Origin: a virus
Taxonomy: Duplodnaviria; Caudoviricetes
IMG/VR virus record: IMGVR_UViG_3300033067_001005
Location: 11,545-75,544 of that record
Strand: one strand, 5' to 3'
DNA: 64,000 bases
Below the pieces are notes generated by a model. The model did not search any database. It saw only the letters and a list, made by a program, of their open reading frames with translations, and had not been told where the DNA came from. Shown here piece by piece: positions 26,557-35,422 of the stretch. The stretch's first letter is position 1, and each line of letters starts with the position of its first letter. Both the position numbers and the translations under genes were made by a program.

Positions 26557-27473
26557 TGGGAATGCCCAAGCCCTCTACCTCTAAGCAGGGCTTTCCTAAG
26601 CGAGGACCAGCGGGCCCTCCAGGTGCTGGAGGAGGGGGCGGAAGCCTCCCCTCTGGCACTGGGCTTGTCGGCGTCACGGCAGGCTCTGGAGAGACCATCA
26701 CAGTAGGCGCCGGACTAAACCTGACGGGCTCTTTCGGTGCCAGAACGCTCTCTGCCGGCTGGACGCCTGTCTACTCGGTAGACTTCAGCGCTCTAGCTAC
26801 AGGCGTCACGCCGGGGGCAGATGGCGCTGTGACTATCGATGGCAAGACTTGGTACGCCAAGAACGTAGCCAACGTCGCAGAGATGCGGACCGTCAATGGA
26901 GAGGGACTGGTAATCGATCCGTCCGCTGTTAGTTCGGATCTATACGGGCCTACTTACACCGCTCCCACTTGGGCAATAAAATGGTCTGATCTAGGAATCC
27001 CTCCGGATTCCGACTATAGAATTTGGTTGAAGTTCGCTACTACTGGCATTGCTTCGGACTTTGAAACGGCAGACTTTGCGATAGAACAATTCCAAACCAC
27101 AACCTATAGAATTGCTCTTGCAAGGCTTTTTTCTACAGGGTCGGGTGGTCAATGCTGGCAAGTCAGGAGAACGCTTGCGGGAGGGACTTCCACTCCGGCT
27201 AGCGGAACAGACAACCCATCTCACGACGTTGTTCTAATCTCCGGAAGGGGTCAAGGTATTACTAGCATTTTGACAGGGGCTTCGGTTGGAGGAAACTTCC
27301 CAGATCAAGCGTCGCTAACACTTAGGCAACTGGCAGTAGTAGATTTCAGTGGAGGAAATCCGGCGATCCTTCACAGTACAAATAATCTAGCTTTCGCGTT
27401 CGCTTGCTACCCTGTGAATACTTCCAATTCTCTACGCGCGTCAATTTCAAAATTCCTAGTGGAGAAGCGATGA
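26556..27473 (+). CDS. putative virion accessory/receptor-binding protein
   Basis: collagen-like GPAGPPGAGGGG start, beta-rich body, AT-richer 3' half. Confidence 0.55.
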   Translation: MGMPKPSTSKQGFPKRGPAGPPGAGGGGGSLPSGTGLVGVTAGSGETITVGAGLNLTGSFGARTLSAGWTPVYSVDFSALATGVTPGADGAVTIDGKTWYAKNVANVAEMRTVNGEGLVIDPSAVSSDLYGPTYTAPTWAIKWSDLGIPPDSDYRIWLKFATTGIASDFETADFAIEQFQTTTYRIALARLFSTGSGGQCWQVRRTLAGGTSTPASGTDNPSHDVVLISGRGQGITSILTGASVGGNFPDQASLTLRQLAVVDFSGGNPAILHSTNNLAFAFACYPVNTSNSLRASISKFLVEKR

Positions 27474-28069
27474 TTGGCCTGAATAGCAGATACAACTACG
27501 CCAACGTCGTTAGAGTAGTGAACGACACTGGGCAGATTGAGCCTGACCATCTGGACATCCGTCCTCGGCTTACCCGTAAGGTCTTCATCGACAACGAGGC
27601 GTACTCCATAGCTGACAGAGACACGCTCTCTAACATCTCCTGGAGGAAGCTCGGGACTGGTAAGCTCTACTGGGTAATAGCCGACCTATCAGATGTTGTG
27701 GACGCCTTCACCGACCTGCTCATCAGAGAAAAGCGGAAGGTACTGGCCAGCCTAACTTCGTCTCTAACTGGCAGCGTCACCTATGAGACTATCCAGGTTT
27801 CAACGACTAGAGGCTTCAAGCCCAACCAGAAAATCGAGATTGAAGACCTGAATACGAACGTGAAGTACACCACTACCGTCGTTTCCGTGGACAAGAGCAG
27901 CCTGCGGATCAGAGTCGTGGCCTTCACTACTGCAATCGGCGTCATAGCTGCGAAGAGCCGCGTGTCCGTGCTCTATCTCTACCGGCCAACGCTGGTAATT
28001 CCTACTATCCAGCGCACGCTCTTTGAGCTGACCGACTTTTCCAACAAGATGAACACACTGGTGCCGTAA
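27470..28069 (+). CDS. baseplate protein, LysM/gpX-like
   Basis: SRY...D.L..I....LG...LYWVIAD motif. Confidence 0.7.
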   Translation: MIGLNSRYNYANVVRVVNDTGQIEPDHLDIRPRLTRKVFIDNEAYSIADRDTLSNISWRKLGTGKLYWVIADLSDVVDAFTDLLIREKRKVLASLTSSLTGSVTYETIQVSTTRGFKPNQKIEIEDLNTNVKYTTTVVSVDKSSLRIRVVAFTTAIGVIAAKSRVSVLYLYRPTLVIPTIQRTLFELTDFSNKMNTLVP

Positions 28070-29301
28070 TGCCCGCAGAACCGTACGCTGGAAAGAAGGT
28101 CTATGGAGGCAATTACAGCTGGCGCAACTTCGCGCCGATGCTCTATCTCTACATAGACGACAAGCCGGCGGACGATCTACTCGCCGTGCTTACCAGTTTC
28201 TCCTACAAGGCCAGCTCCACCAAAGCCGCCGAGACACAGTTCGTCTTCAAAAACAGCTCTAGAAGGCTGATGGATGACCGACGTCTGTACCCCAATGTCA
28301 CATGGAAGTTCCGCTTCGGCTACTTCAATGACATGAGTTCAATCATCACTGCTGTAATCCGCAACGTGGAGCCGGAATACAACGACAAGCAGATGGTCAC
28401 TATCTCCCTGTTCGACCTGTCTCTACAGCTGGCAGGCAAGTCCACCGGAAAGAACTGGGGAAAGCTGACCTCGTCTGACATCGCTCGTCGTATCGCCAGA
28501 CAGGCTGGGATGGAGGCCATAGTAGAGGACACTAAGGACGGCGGAAAGAAGGACTTCATCCAACCGAAGTCTGTTAGCGACCTTCAATTCTTGAGGGACC
28601 TAGCGGCAGACCTTGACTACGAGATGTACGTAGACGGGTCTCCTCCTATCCTCTACTTCGTGAGAAAGCGCTTTGATTCCGCTCCACAGCGAAAGCTCGT
28701 CTACTACGACAACCCTAATGAGTTCTCTTACGTGAAGGAATTCAAGCCGACCTTGAAGAGCTTGGGTCCCATCCAATCTGGAGCCGCCAGCCCCACAGCC
28801 AGCGCTGCAACAGACAAGAGCAAGGATCCCAGCCTAGGGGCTAAGGTTCCGCAATTCATGGTCGTAAAGAACGCGGAGACTGGCGCGGCTTATGTCGTCC
28901 CTAAGAAGACAGACGCCATTACGAAGGCTGCACCTTCTGGAGCTGACACCAAGTCTCTAGTGAACGCGGCACACTCGCAGATGCTGGACAAGGCCAACGA
29001 AGCTAGTAGCACGCACCCTCTAACCCCGTCTCTGCGAGTAGCCAACATCTACGAATGGGACGGCGTAGAGAAGCAGCTGAACGGAAAGTGGTATCTAAAG
29101 GAAGCCACCTACACCATTGACGGCTCCGGACACGGCACGACCTGTACTTGGAGTCGTAATGCCAACAACGGCCAGGCGGGAAAGAACGCCGACAACAAGA
29201 ACAACAAGGGTGTGGGCGGCAATCCTAACGGAAAGCCCATCATCGTTGCTAACGCCGAAACCGGCAGCAAGACAGTAATACTACCGGGGGCCAGCAAATG
29301 A
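28069..29301 (+). CDS. baseplate hub / late control D-like protein
   Basis: F.FGY, S.SDIA..IA, Q...SDL.FL..LA motifs. Confidence 0.8.
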   Translation: MPAEPYAGKKVYGGNYSWRNFAPMLYLYIDDKPADDLLAVLTSFSYKASSTKAAETQFVFKNSSRRLMDDRRLYPNVTWKFRFGYFNDMSSIITAVIRNVEPEYNDKQMVTISLFDLSLQLAGKSTGKNWGKLTSSDIARRIARQAGMEAIVEDTKDGGKKDFIQPKSVSDLQFLRDLAADLDYEMYVDGSPPILYFVRKRFDSAPQRKLVYYDNPNEFSYVKEFKPTLKSLGPIQSGAASPTASAATDKSKDPSLGAKVPQFMVVKNAETGAAYVVPKKTDAITKAAPSGADTKSLVNAAHSQMLDKANEASSTHPLTPSLRVANIYEWDGVEKQLNGKWYLKEATYTIDGSGHGTTCTWSRNANNGQAGKNADNKNNKGVGGNPNGKPIIVANAETGSKTVILPGASK

Positions 29302-30071
29302 GCCTGGGCGTAAACACTAAAGTACATCTGGGACAGGACCGCGTCTCTGAAGAGAACAGAGATCGCTTCTTCGGAGAGTACGTGGGCTTCGTCAAAGACA
29401 GAGCCGACCCCAAGCAACTAGGAAGAGTACGTGTTCTCTGCCCGCAGATCATCGGAGACGGGAACGGCACAGACTCTCTACTAGATTGGGCCTTTCCGAA
29501 GGGAGCAGCTGTAGCTGTACCTCCTGTGGGCGAAGAGGTCTCTATCACCTTTGAACTAGGAATGGTTCAATACCCACTCTACACGTGGGGGCGGAAGAGC
29601 AGCCAGACCAGCGTACCTCCGGCGGCAAGGGGTGCAGCAGACCCGACGTGGCTCGCACAGGCCACAGGGGACTCCGGAGGCTTCGGAAGCTTCAAGATTA
29701 CTGCAACGCTGCCTGCCGATGGTGCCAAGACTGTCCCTCCTGTCTACCCATACAACAAGGTGTTCCAGAGCGAATCTGGGCACATCCTCGAGCTGGATGA
29801 CAGCCCCTCTAATCCACGCGCCAGGTACTATCATCCGAAGGGGACCACCATCCTCATCGACGCAGACGGCAGTGTGCATGTCCGCTCTAAGGGTGCGCAG
29901 CACTTCCACTCCGGCGGAGACGTCAACTTCCTGATGAAGGAAAACGCCACCTTTAGAGTTGTCTATCCAGGAGGAGCCGCTCTAGCTGTGGGAGCTAACG
30001 GCATCCACCTGAACGGGCACCAGCTGACGCTACTAGGCAGAGTCCTGAACCGAGATGTAAAGGCAATCTAA
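29298..30071 (+). CDS. baseplate central spike (gpV/gp5 OB-fold)
   Basis: G.V....DP..LGRVRV..P, WA, PPVGE.V...F..G...P, SGH..E.DD motifs. Confidence 0.88.
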   Translation: MSLGVNTKVHLGQDRVSEENRDRFFGEYVGFVKDRADPKQLGRVRVLCPQIIGDGNGTDSLLDWAFPKGAAVAVPPVGEEVSITFELGMVQYPLYTWGRKSSQTSVPPAARGAADPTWLAQATGDSGGFGSFKITATLPADGAKTVPPVYPYNKVFQSESGHILELDDSPSNPRARYYHPKGTTILIDADGSVHVRSKGAQHFHSGGDVNFLMKENATFRVVYPGGAALAVGANGIHLNGHQLTLLGRVLNRDVKAI

Positions 30072-30787
30072 TGGCTGAAACAACTGCTCCGGTCGTCTTC
30101 TGTGCCGCTCCACCCTTCTCGTGCCCTGGACCGTTGCAGGTACGTCTGCCGTTTGGCCTGCCTGTGTTCACAGCGCCAGACACGTCCTGTGAGGGAATAA
30201 AGGACCTTCTAGACAACATCACAGTGTCTCTGTCTGGCTTCATGCCCATTCTGAAGCTGGCCGACTGTCTTCTAAAGGCAGTCACTTTCATCACGAAGCT
30301 TCCTGGCCTCATCTCACCACCCAAGATTTCCGATATAGCGCGATACGCTGAAGAGGTGGCTGGCTGCGCAGAGCTGCTAAGCGAGTTCTCCGGGCAGAAC
30401 TACGTGGCCTACTGCCGGGTAGTGAAGGACATTCTAAACGTTATCATCTGCGTGCTGTCCTGCATCAGAGAGATGCTCCAGCTAGTAGCTGAGAACGACA
30501 CAGCGGCGGCATCTCTAGCAGCGTCACCAGACCTGAGCCTGCAAGAGATGGGTCTCTGTCTTCAGGGACAGACTGTAAAGCTGAAGCTGGACATCTCTCT
30601 AAAGCTGAACTCTGTAGGTATCGTAATTCTGTTCATCAACGCTCTGCTGACCGCACTGCCTCCTCTGGCTGCGGTAGCTGGAACGAGCAGCATCGACTTC
30701 TCCGAATCAGACATGACGATCGAGAAGTTGACCACAATCATCACGTCTCTCCAAAGCGTGGTAACCTTGCTCGACGTTTGCGGCTGA
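30071..30787 (+). CDS. Cys-containing helical baseplate-region protein of unknown function
   Basis: coupled to the spike gene; amphipathic/hydrophobic helices. Confidence 0.6.
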   Translation: MAETTAPVVFCAAPPFSCPGPLQVRLPFGLPVFTAPDTSCEGIKDLLDNITVSLSGFMPILKLADCLLKAVTFITKLPGLISPPKISDIARYAEEVAGCAELLSEFSGQNYVAYCRVVKDILNVIICVLSCIREMLQLVAENDTAAASLAASPDLSLQEMGLCLQGQTVKLKLDISLKLNSVGIVILFINALLTALPPLAAVAGTSSIDFSESDMTIEKLTTIITSLQSVVTLLDVCG

Positions 30788-30798
30788 AAGGGAAGTAG

Positions 30799-31221
30799 AT
30801 GCTAGCTAATGACCTACTGGCGCGCTCCCTGTTGGGAAAGGGCCTGAAAGCTCCACTAGAAGTAGACAGCTCTACGCAAGACTTCGCGGGCGTAGAAGAA
30901 GAGGCCAACACGTATCAGTGCATCTTGGACCTTCTCCAAACTCGCACAGGCGAGCGTGTGATGAACGAAGACATCGGGACGATCATCCCGGCCTTGGTCT
31001 TTGAAGACTCGGATACCGCGATAGCTCTTCTTCCAGCTGCTGCCAAAGAGGCTCTAGAGAAGTACGAGCCTAGAATCGACAGAGTACAAACCAGCGCTAG
31101 GGCTCTGAAGGATGGGAACGGCGCAGCTGTCGTCTATCTAGACCTCCGCTTTCGTTACAAGAGCACTGGTAGGATAGACAACAAGACCATTCCGTACTCG
31201 ATCAATGAAGGAGACTTGTAA
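30799..31221 (+). CDS. baseplate wedge gp25/gpW-like protein
   Basis: I..LL.T..GERVM....G, EPRI motifs. Confidence 0.88.
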   Translation: MLANDLLARSLLGKGLKAPLEVDSSTQDFAGVEEEANTYQCILDLLQTRTGERVMNEDIGTIIPALVFEDSDTAIALLPAAAKEALEKYEPRIDRVQTSARALKDGNGAAVVYLDLRFRYKSTGRIDNKTIPYSINEGDL

Positions 31222-33221
31222 TGGCCAGCGGTAACGACCTCTCCATCCGGCGCGTTAGCCCGGTAGTTGACTACACGAGCATGGACTTCGACGCGCTGAA
31301 GGCAGACCTAATCGCCTACGCTCAAGCGAAGTATCCTGACCGCTGGACCGACTTCAATGACACCCAATGGGCCGTCGTCTTTCTAGAGATGCAGTGCTAT
31401 ATCGGGGACCTGCTTACCTATAACCTGAACTCTATGCTACGTGAAGCCTTCACTGGTGCTGCTGTGCGCAAGGCTAACGTGGAAGCCTTCGCTCGTACCA
31501 TCGGCATGGAGCTGACCTACCCAGTCTCTTCCACCACAACCCTGCGCGTGAGCTTGAACCCGCTTGGCGCCTATCCGTTCACCTTGACCAAGGTGGACAA
31601 CAAGTTCTCTAATGGAAGCACGGAAGACGAGGTCATCTTCCAGCCCATCTCTGACACCGTCGTCGCTGCCTACCCGGGCGTCGGCTACGTTGACGTGTCC
31701 GCCATCGAAGGTGAGCGTTTCGACGCATACCTTGTTGGCGTAGGCACTGGCGCTGCCAATCAGAAGTGGCAATTCCCTCAGGACTCCATCGTTTTCGACT
31801 CCGTCTCCATCACTGTAGGCGGCGTGGGATGGACTAGAGTTCTGAACCTCGTTATGCAGGCGAGCACTGCACAGGTTTACCGTCTAATCAGAGATGACGA
31901 GGGCTTCCTCTTCATTCTCTTTGGAGACGGCATTCATGGCGCCAAGCCTGGTAGCGGCGTAGAGATCAGAGGCACCTTCCGCCAGGGAGGCGGCAAGCGT
32001 GGAAACCTGAATAAGACGGCCATCACTACAGTTGTCTCGGCGCACAGCAACGTTACTGGCGTGACCAACAGCCAGGTGGAAGCTACCGGCGGCGATAATG
32101 AGCAGACGCTGGCTTCAGCTAAGCAAGCCATCCCAGGGTTTCTGTCCACCAATGACAGAGCCGTGTCACTACCCGACTACGAAGCCATGGCCAACAAGGT
32201 CAGCGGCGTAAAGAAAAGCAGAGCTAGCCTGGATGTCATTCCTGGCTCTAACGTCGTTCGTCTCATCGTGGCTCCTACAGGTGGAGGCTCTCCTAGCTCC
32301 ACGCTGAAGAAGAACGTGTCTTCTGCCTTTATTGGAAAGAAGGGGCACGCAGCTAGAGTAAAGGTGTTCGGGCCCACCTATAAGGACCTTCGCTTGCAGC
32401 TGCTGGCACACATCAATCCGGCGGTAAGAGCAACTGATGGCGAACTGACGCTGAAGAACGGGCTGCTGAACAGCGCAGGCACTGGTCTACTAGACTTCGA
32501 CAACCTTGATTTCGAGGCCGTTGTCTCTACTGGAGAAGCTGAAGAGTACTTGCTAGCGCAGACTCGCTTTCAGAACTACTTCGCTACTCTAAAGACGAAG
32601 GGTATCGACCGCGTAGAGATCGAGCGCATGGACATCGATCCAGTCGCGCGAATCAGAGATGAGGGAAACACGGGCGATGGCACTGTAGGCTCCATTATTC
32701 TGAATGACCTACAGCGGAGAAGAGAGTACTACATACTTCTAGTGTCATCTGCTCAATACCACGTGTATGAGCGCATCGTCGGTCGCGTCAGCTACCTGAG
32801 CGACACTGAGCTAACAGACACTGGGAAGCAGTTCGACTCTGAAGGCGTCGTCAGCTTCGCGGGCTACAAGCTGGCTCCGTACAGAACGGCTTCTAGCTTG
32901 GTAGACGTAGCTAGCGCTAGCGATACAGACATCGTCCTGGCTACAGGCTCTCCCAGCTTGTTCGCCATGACGCAGCCCCAAGCTGAGTACTATACGTACT
33001 CTCCCACTCCGACCGTTGTTACTGTCGGAAGCCAGTACACGTCTCCAGATGGCAGCGTGAAATTCACTCTAGCGGCTGGGGCAACCCCCTTCCTAGCTGG
33101 TGACTCTCTCTACCTGGATGTGTACCCTAAGGAAAGTGACATTCGTCTGCGGCCGGATGAGTATCCGCGTCTAACCAGCGCGAACCTAACGATTCGTACT
33201 TCTGGCGGCCTCCGCCTGTAG
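31221..33221 (+). CDS. baseplate wedge J-like protein
   Basis: DY...DF..L...L, WTD...D, FGDG..G..P, GG...G, A.GG...E, RAV...DYE motifs. Confidence 0.88.
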   Translation: MASGNDLSIRRVSPVVDYTSMDFDALKADLIAYAQAKYPDRWTDFNDTQWAVVFLEMQCYIGDLLTYNLNSMLREAFTGAAVRKANVEAFARTIGMELTYPVSSTTTLRVSLNPLGAYPFTLTKVDNKFSNGSTEDEVIFQPISDTVVAAYPGVGYVDVSAIEGERFDAYLVGVGTGAANQKWQFPQDSIVFDSVSITVGGVGWTRVLNLVMQASTAQVYRLIRDDEGFLFILFGDGIHGAKPGSGVEIRGTFRQGGGKRGNLNKTAITTVVSAHSNVTGVTNSQVEATGGDNEQTLASAKQAIPGFLSTNDRAVSLPDYEAMANKVSGVKKSRASLDVIPGSNVVRLIVAPTGGGSPSSTLKKNVSSAFIGKKGHAARVKVFGPTYKDLRLQLLAHINPAVRATDGELTLKNGLLNSAGTGLLDFDNLDFEAVVSTGEAEEYLLAQTRFQNYFATLKTKGIDRVEIERMDIDPVARIRDEGNTGDGTVGSIILNDLQRRREYYILLVSSAQYHVYERIVGRVSYLSDTELTDTGKQFDSEGVVSFAGYKLAPYRTASSLVDVASASDTDIVLATGSPSLFAMTQPQAEYYTYSPTPTVVTVGSQYTSPDGSVKFTLAAGATPFLAGDSLYLDVYPKESDIRLRPDEYPRLTSANLTIRTSGGLRL

Positions 33222-33230
33222 GAGAGACCA

Positions 33231-35414
33231 GTGACTGCTCCCGTCAATAAGCCTTACCTGTACGCCAGCACGCCGGAGAACGGCGAGCAGAACGTAGCCT
33301 TCGCTGTAACCCCAGTAGTCGTGGATATAGACTGCTCTACTACTGTCAGCAACGCCTCTGTGAAGGTGTGGTTCAATGGCGTTCTGGCGTACGACGCTGC
33401 TGGAGCGGGCTTTCAGGCGGGGTACACAGGCTCCGTGGCTACTGTAGGAACGAGGCGCGTCGTTACGTTCGCCACTCACCCTGTCTTCACGGTGAAAGAC
33501 GTTGTGATTACTGCGTTCGCCTACAACGCGGCCGTTACAGCCTACTCCTACATGTCCTTTTCGTTCTCTACTCTGGTGGGGGCTATCAGCAGCCTAACTG
33601 CTAAGACGTTTTGCGAGGGCAAGCAGATTGACCTGGCGTGGGTAAACCCTGCTGGCATCACTAGAGTGAAGATTCGTAGAAGCGCCTGGGCTTACGCGCT
33701 CTACGATAGCGATGAAGGCGACACCATCTATGACGGTGCTGTGAAGGCCTCTCACAGTGATACTGGCCTCGCTGAGGGGAAATTCTACTACTACACCGTC
33801 TTGTTTTCCTACTCTCCGGGTCCTAGCTACGTCTGGAACGCGGATGACAACAGCTTCGTAGAGGGGCTGTCTATCAAGGATTACAACAAGGCTGAGGGTG
33901 ACTACGTCTACAACCTACTTCCTGACAACTACCGAAAGGCTGACCAGGAAGAGGCCAGAGGTACCCAGCGCTACAAGCTGCGCGATTACTGCACTGTAAT
34001 CCAATGCAGCGTCAACCTTTACCGGGGTTGGCTAGAAGCATTGCTTCTGCTCCGTGACGCGGAAAACATGCCGGCCGGACGCCTAGGAGAGGCAGAGAAC
34101 CAGAAGGGTCTAATCTCTGCTCACCTAGCCATGTTCGGCGTCACTCCTGAGCAGAGCTTCGACGCTGGAGTGCTGCGCCGCCTAGCAATGGGCATCGCTG
34201 TAGCCAACAAGCAGAAGGGCACCTGTAACGGGCTGGTAACCCTGGGAAAGCTGTTCACTGGATGGGATGCCACTTGTAAAGAGCTGGTTGACCCGTCTTG
34301 CGGCGTAAACCGATTCGTTGTTTCGTGGGACAAAGAGTCTTACATTCTAATCGGAAAGAACATCGCCAAGACGCCGACGTACACACCCGTCGGATGGGTT
34401 GTAGAGGTTGGGGCTAACTACCTAGACGTGCCTACAGCCACCAGCCTTTACAAGGCAGATGGCATCACAGCGGCGACAGCCCCTCCTGACACGTCCTCCT
34501 CTGACCAAACCGTGGCTATGGTCATCGATGAGATGGGCTCTTGGTGCTGCGTCAGCGATGTGACCACTTCCGCCGGGAAGACTCGGATAACCTTCAGTAA
34601 TGGGCTTCCCAGAGCTGAGATTACCGGAACTGGAACAGCAGCTGGTAGTGATTTCACCATTACTGCCGTAGACCTCACTTCCTATCCCAAGCAGTTCCCT
34701 TCTCCGGCAGCTGAGCCTGTGTGGGGGACTAATGCCTGGGCAGGACACAAGATCATCGACTCGGCCGGGACTATCAGAACGGTCGTAACAAGCGATGCCA
34801 CAGACGCCATTACTGGAGACACAGTTCTCCACCTCTCTGGAGCTGTGGCATCTGGCGTATTCTCTTTGGCCTTTGACTTCGACCCTGCTGGTGTGACGTT
34901 CGCCACCAGAAAGCCGATTCTAAAGGCTAGGCTGTACATCGGGGAGTTCTCTCCTGTGTACGATCCACGCTGGGACACGCGCCTGTTGAGCGACTTCTAC
35001 GCTGGACCATGGTCCACTCTGACGGGCTTTGGAGCGCCTACTAGCTTCGGCTGGGCTCCCACTCCAAAGGACGTGGTGCTGACCTTCTCCCAGGGCTACT
35101 CCGACTATGGCTCTGTGACTCGAGTCGCGGCCAACGAATTGGAGGACTACACCAAGGCTTGGACCACTAACCAGTGGCTGGGCTACTATGTAAACCCCAA
35201 CTGGGAGCAGAAGAAGCTCTTCAAAGTCATCTATAATGATGCCACGCACTTGTACCTGGACATGAAGACGGGTACAGACCTCAGCTCGTTCTCCGGCACT
35301 AAGGCGTCTTACGTCATCCTGTCCCCGGAGAACGCTGCTCGCTACGCACAGTTCATGCGGCTAATGCCCACGTTCTGTATGTTCGAGGCTAGACCCGTTG
35401 TGAAGTTCCTATAG
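33231..35414 (+). CDS. baseplate wedge / tail protein I-like with Ig-like and Fn3-like N-terminal domains
   Basis: STPENGEQNV (Ig-like), IDLAW.NP...YYY.V (Fn3), YNLLP..YR..D and KGT..GL..L....TGW (gpI-like). Confidence 0.7.
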   Translation: MTAPVNKPYLYASTPENGEQNVAFAVTPVVVDIDCSTTVSNASVKVWFNGVLAYDAAGAGFQAGYTGSVATVGTRRVVTFATHPVFTVKDVVITAFAYNAAVTAYSYMSFSFSTLVGAISSLTAKTFCEGKQIDLAWVNPAGITRVKIRRSAWAYALYDSDEGDTIYDGAVKASHSDTGLAEGKFYYYTVLFSYSPGPSYVWNADDNSFVEGLSIKDYNKAEGDYVYNLLPDNYRKADQEEARGTQRYKLRDYCTVIQCSVNLYRGWLEALLLLRDAENMPAGRLGEAENQKGLISAHLAMFGVTPEQSFDAGVLRRLAMGIAVANKQKGTCNGLVTLGKLFTGWDATCKELVDPSCGVNRFVVSWDKESYILIGKNIAKTPTYTPVGWVVEVGANYLDVPTATSLYKADGITAATAPPDTSSSDQTVAMVIDEMGSWCCVSDVTTSAGKTRITFSNGLPRAEITGTGTAAGSDFTITAVDLTSYPKQFPSPAAEPVWGTNAWAGHKIIDSAGTIRTVVTSDATDAITGDTVLHLSGAVASGVFSLAFDFDPAGVTFATRKPILKARLYIGEFSPVYDPRWDTRLLSDFYAGPWSTLTGFGAPTSFGWAPTPKDVVLTFSQGYSDYGSVTRVAANELEDYTKAWTTNQWLGYYVNPNWEQKKLFKVIYNDATHLYLDMKTGTDLSSFSGTKASYVILSPENAARYAQFMRLMPTFCMFEARPVVKFL

Positions 35415-35422
35415 GAGATGAC

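Noticed and set aside
20330-35414. Extracellular contractile injection system or tailocin instead of a phage
   Set aside because: Terminase, portal, scaffold, capsid and a full replication module are contiguous with the tail genes.
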